The notes under the pieces are model-generated. The model had not been told where the DNA came from. It worked only from the letters and a program-made list of their open reading frames with translations, and searched no databases. Below are positions 29,945-39,917 of a stretch of DNA of 64,000 nt, in pieces. Location: assembly GCA_963804165.1 (NCBI GenBank), contig CAWDPO010000037.1, positions 1-64,000 of the forward strand, read 5' to 3'. The stretch is from an uncultured delta proteobacterium (lineage in GTDB: Bacteria > Desulfobacterota > Binatia > UBA9968). The translations under genes and the position numbers were made by a program. Position 1 is the first letter of the stretch. Every line of letters starts with the position of its first letter.

Positions 29945-30358
29945 TCAAACATGCCCTGCCGGCGGCTTCCCGTCTGTGCCGCGCTTGAGGGCTTCGCGCA
30001 TCGTTTTGATCAACAACTCGTCGTTGACCGGTTTGCGCAGAAACGCCACAGCCCCGCCCGCCAGCGCTTTCTGCTGGACTCCGATGTCATCGTGGGCCGT
30101 GATAAAAATGACGGGAAGCGGATTGCCATTCCTCGTCAAGCGCTCCTGAAGCTCTAGGCCGTTGAATCCCGGCATCTGCACATCGAGAACCACACAGTCC
30201 GGGTGAAACGACGGCATCGCTTCGATGAGATCGAGGAACTCTTGCCCCGAGGCGAACGTTTCTCCATCCATCCCGAGGGAGCGCACCAGCCGCTTCAATG
30301 CGCGACAGACAGATTCATCGTCATCGACAATGGCGATCAATGGTTTGGCATTGCTCAT
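29945..30358 (-). CDS. Single-domain response regulator
   Basis: IAIVDDDESV, VLDVQMPG, IFITAH, FLRKP; no output domain. Confidence 0.92.
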   Translation of the reverse strand: MSNAKPLIAIVDDDESVCRALKRLVRSLGMDGETFASGQEFLDLIEAMPSFHPDCVVLDVQMPGFNGLELQERLTRNGNPLPVIFITAHDDIGVQQKALAGGAVAFLRKPVNDELLIKTMREALKRGTDGKPPAGHV

Positions 30359-30448
30359 TAGGTTCGCGCTCCGCGGCGACCGCCATAGAAAGTATTAACC
30401 GCGTAGATTGCGCTACGACAGAAACTAGCGTAGCGCGATGGAGCTGTA

Positions 30449-30468
30449 TATTGGACCTTAGTCCAATA
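30449..30468 (-). promoter_or_regulatory. Palindromic operator copy 5, upstream of the receiver-MCE unit
   Basis: TATTGGACCTTAGTCCAATA; TAGTTT at 30422-30427, 21 bp away. Confidence 0.85.
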
Positions 30469-30505
30469 CGGATGGGAGAGAACAGAAGTAGTCAGTAAGT
30501 GATTG

Positions 30506-30601
30506 GGTTTCGGATTTCGGTGTTCAGGTTTCGGATGTCGGTGTTCAGCATGGGAAGTCCTTTTTAATCCGACCTGAAACCCGATGACACCTGAAACCTG
30601 A
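30506..30601. repeat. Inverted heptamer arrays
   Basis: gtttcggatttcggtgttcaggtttcggatgtcggtgttcag ... cctgaaacccgatgacacctgaaacctga. Confidence 0.75.
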
Positions 30602-30607
30602 TATCTG

Positions 30608-31224
30608 CTACGCTTTGCCGATTCCTGCGCGTTCGGCGACGCGGACCAGTTCGGCGATCGAATCCACGCCCATCTTATCCATAACGCGGGCGCGGTGAAC
30701 CTTGATGGTCTTTTCCCCGGTGCCGAGCTTGAAAGCAATCTGCTTATTCAACATTCCGGTTACGACCAGAGCCATGACCTCGAGTTCGCGCGGGGTGAGA
30801 CTCTCGACGCGCTTTTGAATCTGATCGATTTCTTCACGCTGGGACTGGTCCTTGGCGGCTCGAGCGAGAGATTGTTCGATGGCCTTGAGCAGATCTTTAT
30901 CCTTCACAGGCTTCTGTAGGAAATCCACGGCGCCGGCCTTCATCGCATTGACGCCCATCGGGATGTTACCGTGGCCGGTGATGAATACGATCGGGAGATT
31001 GCGGTTCATGGTCCGTAATTCGCGCTGGAGGTCGATGCCAGTAAGACCGGGCATACGAACGTCGAGGACGAGACAGCTTGCTTCTTGGCTACCGGGTTTC
31101 GTGCCGAGGAACTCCCGCGCCGATGCGAAAGTTTGCACAGTATGTCCCGCAGACTTGATGAGACGCGCCAAAGCTCGTCGCACCGAAGCATCGTCGTCGA
31201 TGAGAAAAACAGTGTTTCAAGCAT
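30608..31224 (-). CDS. FixJ/NodW/StyR-type response regulator (receiver + LuxR HTH)
   Basis: Adding one A in GAAAC restores MLENTVFLIDDDASVRR; LDVRMPG, FITGHG, DFLQKP, LTPRELEV, NKQIA..TIKVHRARVMDKM. Confidence 0.92.
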
Positions 31225-31850
31225 GTAATCAGTTTGCGGTTATCAGGTGACTCAGAGTGATGATCGGCCAGCCAGAGTCGATAATCCAGTAACGACACTG
31301 TAGGCTCAGTGGTCTGCGCCCACCAACGTAGTCGGCCTCCTCGTCGCGGACCATATATGGGTTCTGATTGCAGAAGAGATGGGATTTCTCCATCATAGAG
31401 TTAAGCATACGGCCGCATTTGCTCGTGTTCGGCCTGCCAAGGATGCCTCGACTTCTGCCGCGCCATATACTCTCAGTCGCTGGCCTCGCATAGCCGGTGT
31501 ATGGGTTTCCAGCTGCCTGCACCAGCGACTGAAAGTTCGCTAATGCAACTTGTTGCGTACATAGCGATCGTCATTGGTCTCCAAGCGTGCGGCGAACTCG
31601 TTCCGATTGACCGAACGGACTCGTCGAATTTGATCGGTCAAGTAAAAGTTTCTCTTCTGGTGGCCATCCTTGGCTCAAATCGCAAAAATCAATATGCGAG
31701 ACGGCATAGCCTTTTGATAGACAAGTAAATCCCGAAAGCCTCGGCATCCTATAGCTTATTCATCTCCCACCTCACCTGCCGTCGCAATTACCGTCCACTG
31801 TAGACCTGATACCAGTCACTCACGTCTGTTCACTGATTACCGTTCACCGA

Positions 31851-33929
31851 TTACTCCTTCTCCCCCTCCACCGGCACCGTGAAGCAAATCGTCGCACCCC
31901 GGTCGGGATTGTTCTGAGCCCACAACCGCCCGCCGTGAGCCTCGATGATCGAGCGGCTGATGGCGAGCCCCAGGCCGAGGCCATTATTTTTGGTCGTATA
32001 GAAAGGTTGAAAAATCTTTTCGAGCTGGTCGTCTTTCAGCCCCTCGCCCCAATCCCGCACTGCGACGATCGCCATGTGACTAGCCAATTCGGTCCGCACG
32101 GTCACCTGGCGCTCGATCAGCGGGCAATCTTTCATCGCCTGGAAAGCGTTCAGCAACAGATTTAAGATCACCTGTTGCAACTGCACCTTATCACCGTGAA
32201 CTATCGGCGCGGCCGGATCCATTTGGAGCAGGATATTGACCTTGTGCAGGATCGCGTCGCTGTGAATCAGCATAACGACGTCGCGCACGATCGTTTCAAG
32301 ATCCAGTGGCGCAGTTTCGAGATCCCCTTTTCTGACCAATTCACGGACCCGGCGGATGATCTCACCCGCCCGGCTATCGTCCGCCACAATGTCCCGCAGG
32401 ATCGCCTGGAGCTCTCCGATATTCGCCGGGTCGGCAGCAAGGAAACGCTGCGCGGCCTGGGCGTTGCTGAGGATCGCCGTGAGCGGTTGATTCAATTCAT
32501 GCGCCAGCGATGCCGCGAGCTCGCCCATCGTGGTGATTCTTGCTACGTGCGCGAGTTCGTCGCGTTGCCGCTGCACCGTCAATGCACTCTCTTTCTCTTC
32601 GGTAATGTCCACCGCGGCGCCGATCCATTCGTGCACCGCGCCGTTGGGGGCAATGATCGGCACTGCTTGAACATGAAAATGCCGATAGCTCCGATCGCGA
32701 GCGCGTACTTGAAACTCGTTCTCGTACACACGCTTTTGCGTCATTGCCTGCTTCCATAATCGTTCGCTGTGCTCCTGGTCCTTGGGATGAACCGCCGTAA
32801 GCCAACCGAAGTTCCTCACCTCATCTTCGCTCTGACCCGTGAGCTCGTGCCAGCGCGGGGTTGCCAAGAATCCTTCACCATTTGCATCCGCCCGCCAGAC
32901 GATATTCGCGCTCGCCATCACCAAAGCTCTGTAGCGCGCCTCGCTCTCGCGCAAAGCATTTTCTTTGTCGCGCCGCTCGCTCAGCGATGCCGTCAGGAAC
33001 ATCAGCGGAAGAAAAGCCGTGATCAAAAAAAGCTGCAGCGATAGCGCGTTTTCGGCCGCCGACTGCATCGCGAAGGGACCTAATCCAGTCCAGGTACTCA
33101 AGAACGCAAGGTAGGCGGCAACCAGGAGAGAAACACACAAGACGCCTACTTCAAATCGTACCGCTGCCCACAACAGAAACGGAAGCGGCGCGTAGAGTAA
33201 CGCCGGAACCGCAGTTTGCTTGCCGAAGGCATTATACCCCGCGATAATCAGCCCGGCCGTGAGCAGACCAAATTCGACGAAACGCGAAATCGGCGGAGTT
33301 GGCTTTTTTGCCGCTCCGGATCTGAAAGCCATCAATAGCGGTGGGATGATCGTAAGCGTCGACAACGTGTTGGATAAAACCCGAGCGCGAAAAACGTACC
33401 CATATTCCTGTTCCCAGCCGCTCAATACGTAGAGATATGCGGCAATAGCAGATACCAGAAAAGGCGCGAGAAGGACCGCACACAGCACAAATACCGTGAC
33501 GGTACGGAAGCTATCGAGCTGTAGCGGGCCCTTGACGAAGTGGCGCACGCTCATGGCTGCCACGAGCGCCTGACTAAAGTTACCAACGAGCTGACTGAAG
33601 ATGCCCAAAACCGGCACGCCGTCTTTCAGTTGCACAAGGATATGCACCGGGGCGACGGCAAGGAGAAAGATCCACCATTGTCGCGGCGGCGCGAGCAGCA
33701 GCGCCGCCAACAAAATTGCGGTAGGCGGCCAGATGAGCGAAAGATGCGAGTTTGGAAATCTAAGAGATTGGCCGATCAAAGCTCCGGCATAGTAGCCGAT
33801 ACAGACCAAAGACACGAAGAGGGCAGAACGAAACAGGAAGGACGTTCTGCCAAAAATCTCTCTGTCCACGTCGTATGCCGAAACTAGCACGGGCTGGGCC
33901 CATTTCGTCTCCGGATAACTTTCCATCAC
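31851..33929 (-). CDS. Sensor histidine kinase, MASE1 + PAS
   Basis: Multi-TM N-terminus (SLIWPPTAILLA, PFLLWAAVRF); PAS; AHELNQPL, NLLLNA, FYTTK, GLGLGL. Confidence 0.93.
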   Translation of the reverse strand: MMESYPETKWAQPVLVSAYDVDREIFGRTSFLFRSALFVSLVCIGYYAGALIGQSLRFPNSHLSLIWPPTAILLAALLLAPPRQWWIFLLAVAPVHILVQLKDGVPVLGIFSQLVGNFSQALVAAMSVRHFVKGPLQLDSFRTVTVFVLCAVLLAPFLVSAIAAYLYVLSGWEQEYGYVFRARVLSNTLSTLTIIPPLLMAFRSGAAKKPTPPISRFVEFGLLTAGLIIAGYNAFGKQTAVPALLYAPLPFLLWAAVRFEVGVLCVSLLVAAYLAFLSTWTGLGPFAMQSAAENALSLQLFLITAFLPLMFLTASLSERRDKENALRESEARYRALVMASANIVWRADANGEGFLATPRWHELTGQSEDEVRNFGWLTAVHPKDQEHSERLWKQAMTQKRVYENEFQVRARDRSYRHFHVQAVPIIAPNGAVHEWIGAAVDITEEKESALTVQRQRDELAHVARITTMGELAASLAHELNQPLTAILSNAQAAQRFLAADPANIGELQAILRDIVADDSRAGEIIRRVRELVRKGDLETAPLDLETIVRDVVMLIHSDAILHKVNILLQMDPAAPIVHGDKVQLQQVILNLLLNAFQAMKDCPLIERQVTVRTELASHMAIVAVRDWGEGLKDDQLEKIFQPFYTTKNNGLGLGLAISRSIIEAHGGRLWAQNNPDRGATICFTVPVEGEKE

Positions 33930-34023
33930 TGATTTACGGGAAACTATACGATGGCAGATCCTACCTAGCTAAGTGTAACAGCGCAAGCCGGAACCAGCAG
34001 GTTTGAATGATTTAACCAAATGA

Positions 34024-37000
34024 TTACCGCTCCGCAGATAGCAGCGAAGGTTGACTGACAAATGACGTCGGCAGCGTGAAGTAAAACGTCGCGCCCCGGT
34101 CCTGGTTGTTTTCCGCCCACAGGCGCCCGCCGTGAGCCTCGACGATGGACCGGCTGATGGAAAGACCCATACCAAGGCCGTCCGGCTTGGTGGTGTAGAA
34201 AGGTTGAAAAATATTAGCGCCCTCGCCGTTCAGGCCCGTGCCACGGTCACGCACCGAGATCTTGAGCATGCTCGCCCCATCGAGGTCCGCCAGCACTGCG
34301 ACCGAGCGCTCATCCGCGGGTGAATTTTTCAGGGCGTCAAAAGCGTTAAGCAGAAGATTCAACAAGACCTGCTGTAACTGTACTTTGTCCCCCCGCACCA
34401 CCGGCAGGCCTGAGTTAATTTCGAGTAAGACGCGGATGTTATGCAACGTGGCGTCGCTATGAGTCAGCAGCACAACGTCGCTCACGACATTCCCCAAATC
34501 AAGCGGAGCGAACTCGAGTTCTTCCTTTTTCACCAATGTCCGCATCCGCCGGATCACCTCACCCGCGCGACTGTCGTCCTGGACAATGTCCTTCAGGATC
34601 TCCTGTAGTTCCTCCAGATCGGGCGGCTTGACGGCAAGGAAACGCTGGGCCGCCTGCGCATTGCTGAGTATTGCCGTAAGCGGCTGATTCAATTCGTGTG
34701 CGAGCGAGGCCGCTAGCTCTCCCATCGTGGACACGCGAGCGATATGCGCCAGTTCGGCGCGCTGTTGCACCGCTTCCAGTTCTCCCCGCTTGCGCTCGGC
34801 AATGTCAATTGCACAGCCGATGTACCCGAGAAACTCGCCATCGGCTTCAGAGCGCGGCACTGCATGATCCAAGACCCAAGAATATTCACCGTCGAACCTG
34901 CGCAAGCGGTATTCCATCGTAAACTCTTGCCGCGAGTTAAAAGCGTTATTGTAGGTTTCCAGACAGCCAGCTAAATCTTCGCGGTGCACGCCCTCTGCCC
35001 ACCCATTACCAAGCGCCTGTTCCAGCGTGCGGCCGGTAAAGTCGAGCCAACCTTTGTTGAAAAAGGTACAGAGCTTGTCCGTGCCTGACATCCAGATCAT
35101 CACCGGCGCCGTGTCGGCCATGGTACGAAAGCGCGCCTCACTCTCGCGCAACGACTCTTCAGCCCGTTTGCGGTCGGTGATGTCGAGCATCAGACCGCGA
35201 AGCTGCTTTGGCTTGCCATTGTGATGTTGACAATTGACGATATCGTGCACCCAGACGATATCGCCCGACGCTTTGATCATTCGATAATGGAATTCGAATT
35301 CTTCAGCGGTCTGGCTCATCGTCAAACAAGTATCGACCGCCCGCGCCCTGTCGTCGGGATGGATATGAGAGCCCCAAAAATCTTTTTCGTACCACTGCTC
35401 CAGCGGATAACCGAGGAGCTTGACGGCCTGTGGACCGACATAGGTAAATAGCCAAGTCTCGATATCGGCTTCCCAAATAACGGCCGTCGTGGACTCCACC
35501 AGCCGGCGAAAATTCTCCTCGCTTTCGCGTAATCTCTCTTCGGCTTGTTTGCGCTCGGTAATATCCAACACCACGCCCATCCTGCGTGCGCCTCGGCCGC
35601 GCGGGTCATCAACATTTCGGCCCCGTGCCGCGATCCATCGCTCCCTGCCATCGAGTAAGACCACGCGAAACTCCCCTTCATAGGGAAGTCCAATTTGTTC
35701 CGCGCGCTCAATCTCAGCAGCGATACGCGCTCGGTCATCCGGATGGATGCGGTTGACGACGTCTTCGAATCTCAGGGCATCATTTGTGCCGGGACCCAAC
35801 AGCGAACGAAATTGCGGGTTGGCCCAAAAATCGCCGCGCTTCGGGTCGCGCATCCAAAGGCCCAACTCGCCGGCGCTAGCTGCCAGCTCCATGATTTCCT
35901 GAGTTTCCCGTTGCTTGCTCTCAGCGCGGCGCCGGCGCCCCCGTTGCACTAGCAATTCAGCGATCATCGCCGCTTGCAGCGCGATAATAATAAGCGCGCC
36001 GATAATGTACCATTTGTAAAGTTCCCACACCGAGAGGGAACGGAAGCGTAAGACACTGTTCGGAGGCAAGCGGCTTTCGCTGATACCCCAGCGTTTCAAG
36101 GCACGCCAGTCGAACATCGGCACACCGTCAGTGCGAATTTCAAATGGTAATGAGCTTGGCGCAGCCCCCGTCAGAATATGATGCGCCAGTTCGCCGGCGC
36201 GCATTCCTAAAGACGCGACATCCGCAACCGCTCCGCCGACGGCGCCCGTGCCTAGCATCGAGTCCGCCATGACATAGACGGGAACATTGGTCGCCTTGGC
36301 GATCGACTGAGCCGCCTGGGAGGAAATAATCGCGCGGCCCGCGCCATCTCGAAACATCCTGGTGAACAGGATCGCGGTTTGCGGCGGCAACGATGTAACG
36401 GCTTTAAGTATCTCCGGCATGGAGCGCTTGTCCCAGACCTCGACCTCGAGCCGATTGGCAAACGCACGTGCTGCCTGCTGCGCGCGACTCATGACCTGTC
36501 GATCCACTTCCGCGCTGCCGCCGATGAGCACAAGACGCCGTAGATCGGGCTGCAATCGGAGGAGCAGCTCTATCGTTGCGCTTGGATCCGAGCGTTGAGC
36601 GATGCCGCTGACACGGCTATCGATCCGGCCCGCGGGAAACTCCTCTTCGGTCAAGCCAACGGCAACTGCCGGAGTCCCTGGAAATATTTGCTCAAGAAGT
36701 TTTTCTGCAAGGCCCAGGTTACCGACGTAAATCAGTATGACCAGATCCGGAATATCGTCAGCGTATTTGTCGCGCAGGTAGTCGCGGAAAACCCGATGAT
36801 AGCTTTTGCTCGGAAACCTAACGATATCGAGATATTCGGAGTAAAACTCCAGGTCACTCGAATGAAGCTGCCGGAGCTTGTCAACGGCGTTCTGCTCGAC
36901 GACCGGAAAACCGACTGAGAATCGGCTTCCCGTGGAAATCATCAACACGCGTTTGGCGCGCACCCCATCTGCGGCGTGCAGCTCAATCGTCGCCGTCAGG

Positions 37001-37122
37001 CAAACCATCGCGCAGAGCACATAGAGAACCAAATAACGGGAGAGTCGACGTACGCCGTTCGTGATCGCGCTTGGGTGTAAGTGATCCACAGTCGTCGTGA
37101 TACTACGACCGCACCGCAGCAA
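34024..37122 (-). CDS. Sensor histidine kinase with periplasmic binding-protein-like sensor and three PAS domains
   Basis: 1032 aa; signal/TM, FDWRALKRWGI, TM, three HP(D)D/HRED PAS repeats, AHELNQPL, GLGMGL. True start probably further inside. Confidence 0.92.
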   Translation of the reverse strand: MLRCGRSITTTVDHLHPSAITNGVRRLSRYLVLYVLCAMVCLTATIELHAADGVRAKRVLMISTGSRFSVGFPVVEQNAVDKLRQLHSSDLEFYSEYLDIVRFPSKSYHRVFRDYLRDKYADDIPDLVILIYVGNLGLAEKLLEQIFPGTPAVAVGLTEEEFPAGRIDSRVSGIAQRSDPSATIELLLRLQPDLRRLVLIGGSAEVDRQVMSRAQQAARAFANRLEVEVWDKRSMPEILKAVTSLPPQTAILFTRMFRDGAGRAIISSQAAQSIAKATNVPVYVMADSMLGTGAVGGAVADVASLGMRAGELAHHILTGAAPSSLPFEIRTDGVPMFDWRALKRWGISESRLPPNSVLRFRSLSVWELYKWYIIGALIIIALQAAMIAELLVQRGRRRRAESKQRETQEIMELAASAGELGLWMRDPKRGDFWANPQFRSLLGPGTNDALRFEDVVNRIHPDDRARIAAEIERAEQIGLPYEGEFRVVLLDGRERWIAARGRNVDDPRGRGARRMGVVLDITERKQAEERLRESEENFRRLVESTTAVIWEADIETWLFTYVGPQAVKLLGYPLEQWYEKDFWGSHIHPDDRARAVDTCLTMSQTAEEFEFHYRMIKASGDIVWVHDIVNCQHHNGKPKQLRGLMLDITDRKRAEESLRESEARFRTMADTAPVMIWMSGTDKLCTFFNKGWLDFTGRTLEQALGNGWAEGVHREDLAGCLETYNNAFNSRQEFTMEYRLRRFDGEYSWVLDHAVPRSEADGEFLGYIGCAIDIAERKRGELEAVQQRAELAHIARVSTMGELAASLAHELNQPLTAILSNAQAAQRFLAVKPPDLEELQEILKDIVQDDSRAGEVIRRMRTLVKKEELEFAPLDLGNVVSDVVLLTHSDATLHNIRVLLEINSGLPVVRGDKVQLQQVLLNLLLNAFDALKNSPADERSVAVLADLDGASMLKISVRDRGTGLNGEGANIFQPFYTTKPDGLGMGLSISRSIVEAHGGRLWAENNQDRGATFYFTLPTSFVSQPSLLSAER

Positions 37123-37734
37123 AAATCAACCTGTTGGACCTGCTTGATGTCCATGTTCGGTTCCTTGAAGCAGGTCGAGATGGCGGTTTGACTTCCCTGG
37201 GAGTTCCAGCTTTATCGCCAGCGAACGCAACTACGCAGGCCAAAGGTCGTGCTGAGCGTGAATATTCAATTAAATTTCCCTGGGCTCGCATCCGGGTGTC
37301 TCTCCAGGTGCAACTAGAGACTTGCTGAAAGGGAAAATGTCTTTATAGCAAATGCCGGACGGAGAAATTGCCGGTCGTCTGAGACTTTTGCGGGTTTTTC
37401 TTGCCGTCCTTTCGCTCTTATTTCTGAGTAACGTATCGCAGGGCGCTTGTTGGGGGGAGACGCTCTGGATACTGTGGTTTCCGCTTTCTCGGATTACCGT
37501 TTGCGATCAGACTGTTACGTAGGCGGCGAAATGGTGACTTACTTCGAGGTCAGGCATGAGGACGCGACGCAGATGGTCCCGGCAACGAGAGAACGTTAAT
37601 TCTATATTTCAAGGCGACGGCGCGGCTGGAAAGAGAGAGCTAACCGCGCTGAGATTTGACTTCACGCCAAATGCGCGATTGAAGAATGAAATGATGCCGC
37701 GACGCAGTGATCCGGGCCGGCCGTTCAAGAAAGA

Positions 37735-38121
37735 TTAGTTTTGACAGGACAGCCAATCGATCGCCGTTTTTGTGTTGGTGAAAACGGCGATTTTTAGGCC
37801 CCGTTGAGCAAGGTCGGTTCTCAATTGGACAAGTGTCGATAGTTGCGGTAAATGAGGCGGAACGATCAAAGCAACCTTATTACCTGATGGCCAGGGATCG
37901 TGCTTGAGGCCCGCGATAAAAGCATTGACTTCCGCAAGATCGAGGCTCACCTTTGCGTCGTTCAAATCTAGCAAGACTTTGCAGTACAGGAGCGACTGGG
38001 TGCCCTTGGCGATCTCGTTAAAAAGTGTTGTGATCCCTGCGATGTCCATAAGCCCATGGGCGATCATGAACAGATAAGTCCCCTCGGTGTGCAAGCGAAA
38101 CAATCTAACTTGTAGATCCAT
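37735..38121 (-). CDS. Hypothetical protein (SpoIIAA/STAS-like)
   Basis: GGAGGT before MDLQV; VLLDL, KVALIV and F.....AIDWL pattern. Confidence 0.6.
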   Translation of the reverse strand: MDLQVRLFRLHTEGTYLFMIAHGLMDIAGITTLFNEIAKGTQSLLYCKVLLDLNDAKVSLDLAEVNAFIAGLKHDPWPSGNKVALIVPPHLPQLSTLVQLRTDLAQRGLKIAVFTNTKTAIDWLSCQN

Positions 38122-38233
38122 AGCGACCTCCGTCAGCAAAATTAAGGCTGACGGCGCTAGTTTTCTTGACATTCGGCGACACTTGTTTGACAGCTGTGGT
38201 ATGACCCGGCAAAGAGATTTCAGGGTTTAATCC

Positions 38234-39241
38234 ATGCGCGCACGACCAATGATCGCCGCGACAGTGGCGACCGGTTTGCTTGATGCCGTTAGATCGGCAG
38301 GCGCCGATCCCGAGCAACTCATTCGCAAGGTCGGTTTGGACAATTCGGTTATTTCTAATGCGGACGGATTTTTGCCTTGTTCGGTGTATGCCCGCACGCT
38401 GGAAGAGGCTGCCAGCCTAACATCCGACAGTTGCTTCGGATTGCATTTTGGCGAGCGCGCCAATCCCAAAAGGATTGGTCCGCTCGCTTATGCCGTGTTG
38501 AATTCCCCGACCATCGCCGCCGCTTGTGAAACCGCGGGACGTTATCTGCACGTCCATAACGAAGCGGCCCAGGTTAGCTTCGGCGCCGAAGGTAACCTGG
38601 CCTATCTGCGTTATACGCTGTCTAACTTAGGCTTGGAGGAACCGCGCCAATTCAATGAATACAGCATGGCCGTCGTTCTCAACACGCTGCGCATCATGGC
38701 GGGGAGCCACTGGGTTCCGCGTGAAGTTCACTTTGCCCACAAGACGCCGGAGCAAACGACGGAGCACGCGAGGATTTTCAAGGCGCCGGTGGTTTTCAAT
38801 TGCGCCGACAATGCTCTGGTTATGGAGAGCGAGTTCTGCGCCCAGCCGGTTCCAGCCGCCGACCCGAATCTGTTTAAAATTTTACGCCATTATCTCGACG
38901 ACGTGCTGAGCCATGCGCCACGAGAAGACGAGTTATTGGCTTCGATCCGGAAGACGATTGCGGAGCTGATGAAAGATGGCAGCCCTGATATCGGGCGGGT
39001 GGCGAAAAGACTGGCGCTGAGCCCGCGCACGCTGCAACGACGATTAAATGACTGCGGTCTTGAATATAAAGCGCTGGTCGACGACACGCGTCGACGGTTT
39101 GCTGTCGAATACTTGAAAGATTCCGAAAACACGCTGACGGAGATTGCGTTTCTTTTGGGTTATTCTGAAGTCAGCGCGTTCAGCAGAGCCTTCAAGCGCT
39201 GGACCGGCACTACGCCGTTGGACCATCGTCGCAGGTCATGA
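38234..39241 (+). CDS. AraC-family regulator (OruR/VqsM-like)
   Basis: FGLHFG, GPLAYA..NSPT; LSPRTLQRRL, IAFLLGYSEVSAFSRAFKRWTGTTP. Confidence 0.93.
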   Translation: MRARPMIAATVATGLLDAVRSAGADPEQLIRKVGLDNSVISNADGFLPCSVYARTLEEAASLTSDSCFGLHFGERANPKRIGPLAYAVLNSPTIAAACETAGRYLHVHNEAAQVSFGAEGNLAYLRYTLSNLGLEEPRQFNEYSMAVVLNTLRIMAGSHWVPREVHFAHKTPEQTTEHARIFKAPVVFNCADNALVMESEFCAQPVPAADPNLFKILRHYLDDVLSHAPREDELLASIRKTIAELMKDGSPDIGRVAKRLALSPRTLQRRLNDCGLEYKALVDDTRRRFAVEYLKDSENTLTEIAFLLGYSEVSAFSRAFKRWTGTTPLDHRRRS

Positions 39242-39269
39242 ACTCGATGGTTGCTGCTCGCGCCCTGAT

Positions 39270-39464
39270 CTAGTGTCCTTATCCGAAGTTCGTTAATATC
39301 TCGTGCACCTCATTTCCGTCATACCGGCGAGAGCCGGTAGGGGCGGGTTTCAAACCCGCCCCTACAAATCCTTGGATTTCAGGTCGTGCAACCCCGGACT
39401 GTGATCAGGGGTTGCACGGAATGACGATCGACTAGTGTAACGAACCTTAGTTACGAGATAGTAG
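39270..39464. mobile_element. MITE-like element with nested palindromes
   Basis: Imperfect ends ctagtgtccttatccgaagttcgtta / reverse complement ctactatctcgtaactaaggttcgtta. Inside: cgtcataccgg..ggaatgacg, a GTAG REP and an 11-bp hairpin (39385..39418). Confidence 0.6.
39337..39365. repeat. GTAG-type REP palindrome
   Basis: GTAGGGGCGGGTTT-C-AAACCCGCCCCTAC, perfect 14-bp arms. Confidence 0.85.
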
Positions 39465-39494
39465 AGGGTCTTCGCTGTCGCGATAATCCAACCG

Positions 39495-39917
39495 TCAGCG
39501 ATCCGTGGTTTTCTTGGGCGGGAGGCTGTAGAGACTGCTGGATGGATTGAAAAAATGGTCGAGCGCCAGCCAGAGACTTCTGGCGTGGTGAAAAAAGGCC
39601 AATGGAAAGATCACCGCGAACGGAACCCAAAGCGCGAGTTGTCCGCCGATCGTCATACTCGTGAGAGTGTCCAATAGCAAGTATCCGGGTATGGCGATTG
39701 CCACTGTCGCGGCATAGTTGATGTAGATGGCGCCGATGAAATAGCCCTGTTCGCGCTCGAACTTGAGGTTGCAGGTCGGGCAATGGTCAAACATCTTGAA
39801 TGGTTTTGCGTAAAGCCGCCCAACGCCGCAGCGCGGGCAGCGCAAGCGGATGCCGGATCCGAATATGCTAAGAAGCTTCGTCGCCAATTTAAGCGATGGC
39901 CTGCTGGTGCGATTCAA
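39495..39917 (-). CDS. DUF983-family membrane protein
   Basis: CPRCGVGRLY..CPTC..FEREQGYFIGAIY plus two TM helices. Confidence 0.82.
   Translation of the reverse strand: MNRTSRPSLKLATKLLSIFGSGIRLRCPRCGVGRLYAKPFKMFDHCPTCNLKFEREQGYFIGAIYINYAATVAIAIPGYLLLDTLTSMTIGGQLALWVPFAVIFPLAFFHHARSLWLALDHFFNPSSSLYSLPPKKTTDR

Noticed and set aside
9148-30468. Operator copies as CRISPR repeats, attC sites or terminators
   Set aside because: Kilobases apart and irregular, only 20 bp, no U-tract or attC structure, and always upstream of gene starts.
31229-31728. Short ORFs between the regulator and the kinase
   Set aside because: No recognisable motif or convincing RBS; may be a decayed gene but unsupported.
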